Source of the DNA: Octopus sinensis
Taxonomy: Eukaryota
Length of the DNA stretch: 53,202 nucleotides
Direction: 5' to 3'
Assembly (NCBI RefSeq): GCF_006345805.1
Contig: NW_021832460.1
Location: 1-53,202 of the forward strand
Shown here piece by piece: positions 49,176-53,202 of the stretch. The notes below the pieces were generated by a model, which made no database searches, was not told where the DNA came from, and saw only the letters and a program-made list of their open reading frames with translations. The position numbers were made by a program, and so were the translations under genes. How positions within the stretch are numbered: the stretch's first letter is position 1; each line of letters starts with the position of its first letter.

Positions 49176-49672
49176 GAGTGAGAGAGCAGTGCACGCAATC
49201 AAAGTGACACTGGGGTAAAATATTCGAAGCAGAGTATACTCATCATGACTACCCGTCTGATAAGAGTACACTAGGCACATGCATCAGAACCATATGTGCG
49301 CGACATGGTGATTTCATATCAAGATAAACAGCACATCACCTTGCAGGTGGGACCCAGTTAGAATTTTCTACATGTCGAGTAGCCCATCCTGCACAAAAAG
49401 GTTTCTGAATAAGGATTGTTTAAGGATGTTGAACGAACCACCCATGTTTCCAAAGATGAATTATTGAAACCCCAAATAATTCCTTTCAACACATGGCTAT
49501 GATGCTCCCCCACTACTTCTGCTCGTGATCAGAGATGCACATATCGTCAGTCACTAAGGGACATGCTCAACTGGTAAAGGTCAAACAACTGACAAGCAAA
49601 TCTGTGGTATTGAGCAGAATATTTGCTGTAGCCCATCTTTTATACAAAGATAACACAATGTACATGATAACT
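49176..49672. mobile_element. Unclassified ~500-bp non-coding element bracketed by (ATT)n
   Basis: Sharp compositional boundaries at (ATT)n on both sides. Recalled as a common octopus repeat; single copy in this window. Confidence 0.5.
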
Positions 49673-49752
49673 CTATTATTATTGTTGTTATTGTTATTAT
49701 TATTATTGTTATTATTATTATTGTTATTATTGTTATTATTATTGTTATTATC

Positions 49753-49792
<40 letters not shown>

Positions 49793-49799
49793 TCATTTT

Positions 49800-50238
49800 C
49801 CGATTTAATTGCATTTTATTTCATCTTCTGACCGTGTCTCAACCAGAGACCTAAGGTACATATATATTAAATGCAGAGAAACTTGTTGAATGTGGGGGCA
49901 GTTGATGTCAAAACAATGTTTTGAGTTTCATGGATTGTTGGTTGCCCAGGGATCTGGTGAAAAAATTTGTCAGTACCTTTCTTGATCATTCCCAGGGCAC
50001 TCACAACAGGGATGGTCTTGGTTTTTAATCGCCACGTCCTAGATATCTCAATCTGAAGGTCCTTATATTTCGACAGTTTTTTCAAATTCTTTTGCTGAGA
50101 TGTTTCTGTCAGCAGGTATCATCATGTTAGTTAACGGGCATGTTTTTTGTCTCAGGTTTTTGATGACGATGTCTTGCCTGTTAGCATTTATTTGCCTGTC
50201 TGTATGTATTCTATAATCTCTTGCCCTTAGAATGGTAG
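49800..50238 (-). pseudogene. Third Dong/R4-like endonuclease C-terminus
   Basis: HTDRQINAN, KKLSKYKDLQIEISRTW, QNIVLTSTA. Confidence 0.8.
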
Positions 50239-50574
50239 CATTCTCTCCCTCGGTGACTGGCTATTATTATCTGGATCAAAGTACAGCTGATAGTGGATTC
50301 TTAGAGAAGAACGATGCTCAATAAATCACGATTTTGAAGACAATAAAAATTTGTAAAATCTTCAAATGTAAAGGGTGAATGTTTGTAGAAAACTTAACAA
50401 AGATCACGAGATCCTTTCTTTTATAATCTTGGCACTGAGCAGGTGGCCGTTATAAGCCAACACCAAAACTCGATTCAGGAAGATCGTTATTTAATATCTG
50501 TTTTGCATGCCAGGATGTATTGTTTGTAGTGACTGATTTTGTACTCACGCACGCACGCACACACACACACACAA

Positions 50575-50619
<45 letters not shown>

Positions 50620-50691
50620 GATAAACACACACACACACACACGCGTTTACATCTTCTATTTTGTTCTACTTGTTAAGCTAGTTATTTTATC

Positions 50692-50748
<57 letters not shown>

Positions 50749-50987
50749 TACACACACACACTCACACACACATTTACATACAAACATATACAAACACACA
50801 AACACAAACAGTCATGTTTGGTCAGTGGCCAAAATTTGCCCCCAAACCAATGTCCAGGTCATCGGATGGATTATACCTGTAATTAAATGGTGGTGGTAGT
50901 GGGGAGACCTTCTCACATATTGGGTTCCGCTGACACTGCACGATCTTAGCCGAACAATTGGTCTATAGGCGACAGCAAAGCCATTAT

Positions 50988-51165
50988 TTATGAAAAAACG
51001 AGTTGTTTGATGGGACAACTGGAAAACTGAACGAGGAAATTGTGCGAATCGCTTTGCCCTCCTTTGTCCAGATCAACAAATATATTCTCATCGAACATCT
51101 CCGACGAGAATAATGGAGGGAATCTGTTCTCGTTATCATCGTCTCTTGCCGCCCTTTCTTGCAGT
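50988..51165 (-). CDS. Candidate coding exon (LQERAARDDDNENRFPPLFSSEMFDENIFVDLDKGGQSDSHNFLVQF..*)
   Basis: Acceptor tgtgtgtttag|A; unique, GC-richer patch with acidic protein-like translation. A second frame is also open and no donor is seen. Confidence 0.25.
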
Positions 51166-51186
51166 CTAAACACACATACACACGTG

Positions 51187-51220
<34 letters not shown>

Positions 51221-51245
51221 TGCGCACACATGTATATATATATTT

Positions 51246-51450
51246 ATTTCTTTATTGCTAACATAGAGGCTAAACATAGGGGCTAAACATAGAGGAGACA
51301 AACAAGGCCAGACAAAGGGACTACGTCGATTACATCGACCCCAGTGCGTAACTGGTACTTATTTAATCGACCTCGGCGGAATTTGAACTCATAACGTAAC
51401 CGCTAAGCATTTTGCCCCGCGTGCTAACGATTCTGTCAGCTCGCCACCCT
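51246..51450 (-). mobile_element. SINE family A with internal deletions
   Basis: Matches 34181-34430. Confidence 0.85.
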
Positions 51451-51452
51451 GC

Positions 51453-51502
<50 letters not shown>

Positions 51503-51689
51503 TATATATTGTGGAGGGTGTTTGTGGGTGAGAGGATGTGTGTGTGTTTGTACTTCTACGTGTGTGTTTATGTAGATGACATAAAGTACTCATATCCTAC
51601 CCGACAACTCTTTCCACCGCTCCCACCCTCTTTTGGCCTTTCCTCTCTCTCACACCCCTAGAAATTCATCGTGTATGCCTACCCTTCAC

Positions 51690-52052
51690 ACACACGCACA
51701 CACATACGTACGTACACACATACACGTACAGACGTACATACATACATTCATACATACATACGTACGAGCATACATACATACAAACATACACTCATGCATG
51801 TATTGATGCATAAATACATACATACATACATAAATACACACATACATGCATGCATACATATATACATATATGCATGCATACATACATGCAAGTATACATA
51901 CATACATGCATGCATACATACATACATGCATACATACATACATGCATACATAGACACATATATACATATATACATATATGCATACGTACATAGACACATT
52001 TATACATATATACATATATGCATGCATACATACATATATATATGTGTGTGTG

Positions 52053-52083
<31 letters not shown>

Positions 52084-52112
52084 ATGTATATATATATGTA
52101 TATATGTATGTG

Positions 52113-52152
<40 letters not shown>

Positions 52153-52245
52153 CACACATACATACATACAAACATGAAAACATACATGTATACATACGTA
52201 CGTACATGCATACACACATACATATATACATACACACACACACAC
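51690..52245. repeat. Mixed (TACA)n/(TA)n/(TG)n simple-repeat block
   Basis: Direct reading. Confidence 0.9.
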
Positions 52246-52355
52246 CAATCGACCAACCAATCTCTGAAATGCAAACGTTTACTCAATTATAGACACGAAT
52301 ATACTTAAGCAGACGCACACTTAACCTAGCCTGCCTACCTACCTAATCTATGTTT

Positions 52356-53064
52356 GTACGTACGTACGTATGTATGTATGTATGTATGTATGTACGTACG
52401 TATGTACGTATGTACGTACGTATGTATGTACGTACGTATGTATGTACGTACGTATGCATGTATGTATGTATGTACGTACGCACGTATGTATGTACGTACG
52501 TACGTATGTATGTACGTACGTACGTATGTATGTACGTACGTATGTATGTACGTACGTACGTATGTATGTACGTACGTATGTACATACATACGTATGTATG
52601 TATGTACGTACGTATGTATGTACGTACGTATGTATGTACGTACGTATGTACATACATATGTACGTATGTATTTACATACGTATGTATGTATGTATGTACG
52701 TACGTACGTATGTATGTACGTACGTACGTATGTATGTACGTACGTATGTATGTACGTACGTATGTATGTACGTATGTATGTACATACATACGAATGTATG
52801 TATGTACGTACGTATGTACATACATACGTATGTATGTATGTACATATATGTATGTATGTACATACGTATGTATGTATGTATGTACGTACGTACGTACGTA
52901 TGTACGTACGTACGTATGTATGTACGTACGTATGTACATACATACATACGTATGTATGTATGTACGTACGTATGTATGTATGTACGTACGTATGTACGTA
53001 CGTATGTATGTACGTACGTATGTATGTACGTATGTATGTACGTATGTATGTATTTATGTATGTA
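52356..53064. repeat. (TACG/TATG)n tetranucleotide array with embedded inverted (TACA)n blocks
   Basis: Direct reading; the YV/RT-rich ORFs here are repeat artefacts. Confidence 0.95.
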
Positions 53065-53202
53065 TCTATCTATTTGTCTGTCTATCTGTCTGTCTGTCTA
53101 TCTACCTAAATTTCTATCAAAATGTTTTAAAACGCTCTGCGCATTCACAGGTACGCAGGCGCACACACGCACACAGTTGCTTGACGACAAGTGACAGGCC
53201 AT

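Overview
Eukaryotic, AT-rich, repeat-dense DNA. The SINE, MITE and microsatellite repertoire looks like Octopus (recognised from memory, not searched). I see no rRNA, CRISPR array or intact long gene, and most ORFs in the supplied track are artefacts of (CA)n, (TA)n, (TACG)n or (GGT)n repeats. The window reads best as the 3' part of a minus-strand host gene with very long introns: a 44-nt exon (9057-9100) and a terminal exon (4735-4831) have compatible splice phases. The rest is mostly transposon debris: tRNA-derived SINEs, six copies of a ~420-bp MITE with 8-bp TSDs, a maT/DD37D and a mariner pseudogene, a Helitron-like element, CR1/RTE/R4-Dong LINE fragments and Penelope-type tails. The best leads are (1) seven hammerhead-ribozyme motifs plus one partial copy, one with a fully canonical core (349-438) and several with a CCGANGA variant core; (2) an exon that starts with a perfect GTAAGT donor, i.e. 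a recursive-splice-type AG|GT site; (3) five different Dong/R4-like LINE ends clustered in (TAA)n repeats; (4) several locally templated duplications. None is shown here to be a new system. All are testable hypotheses.
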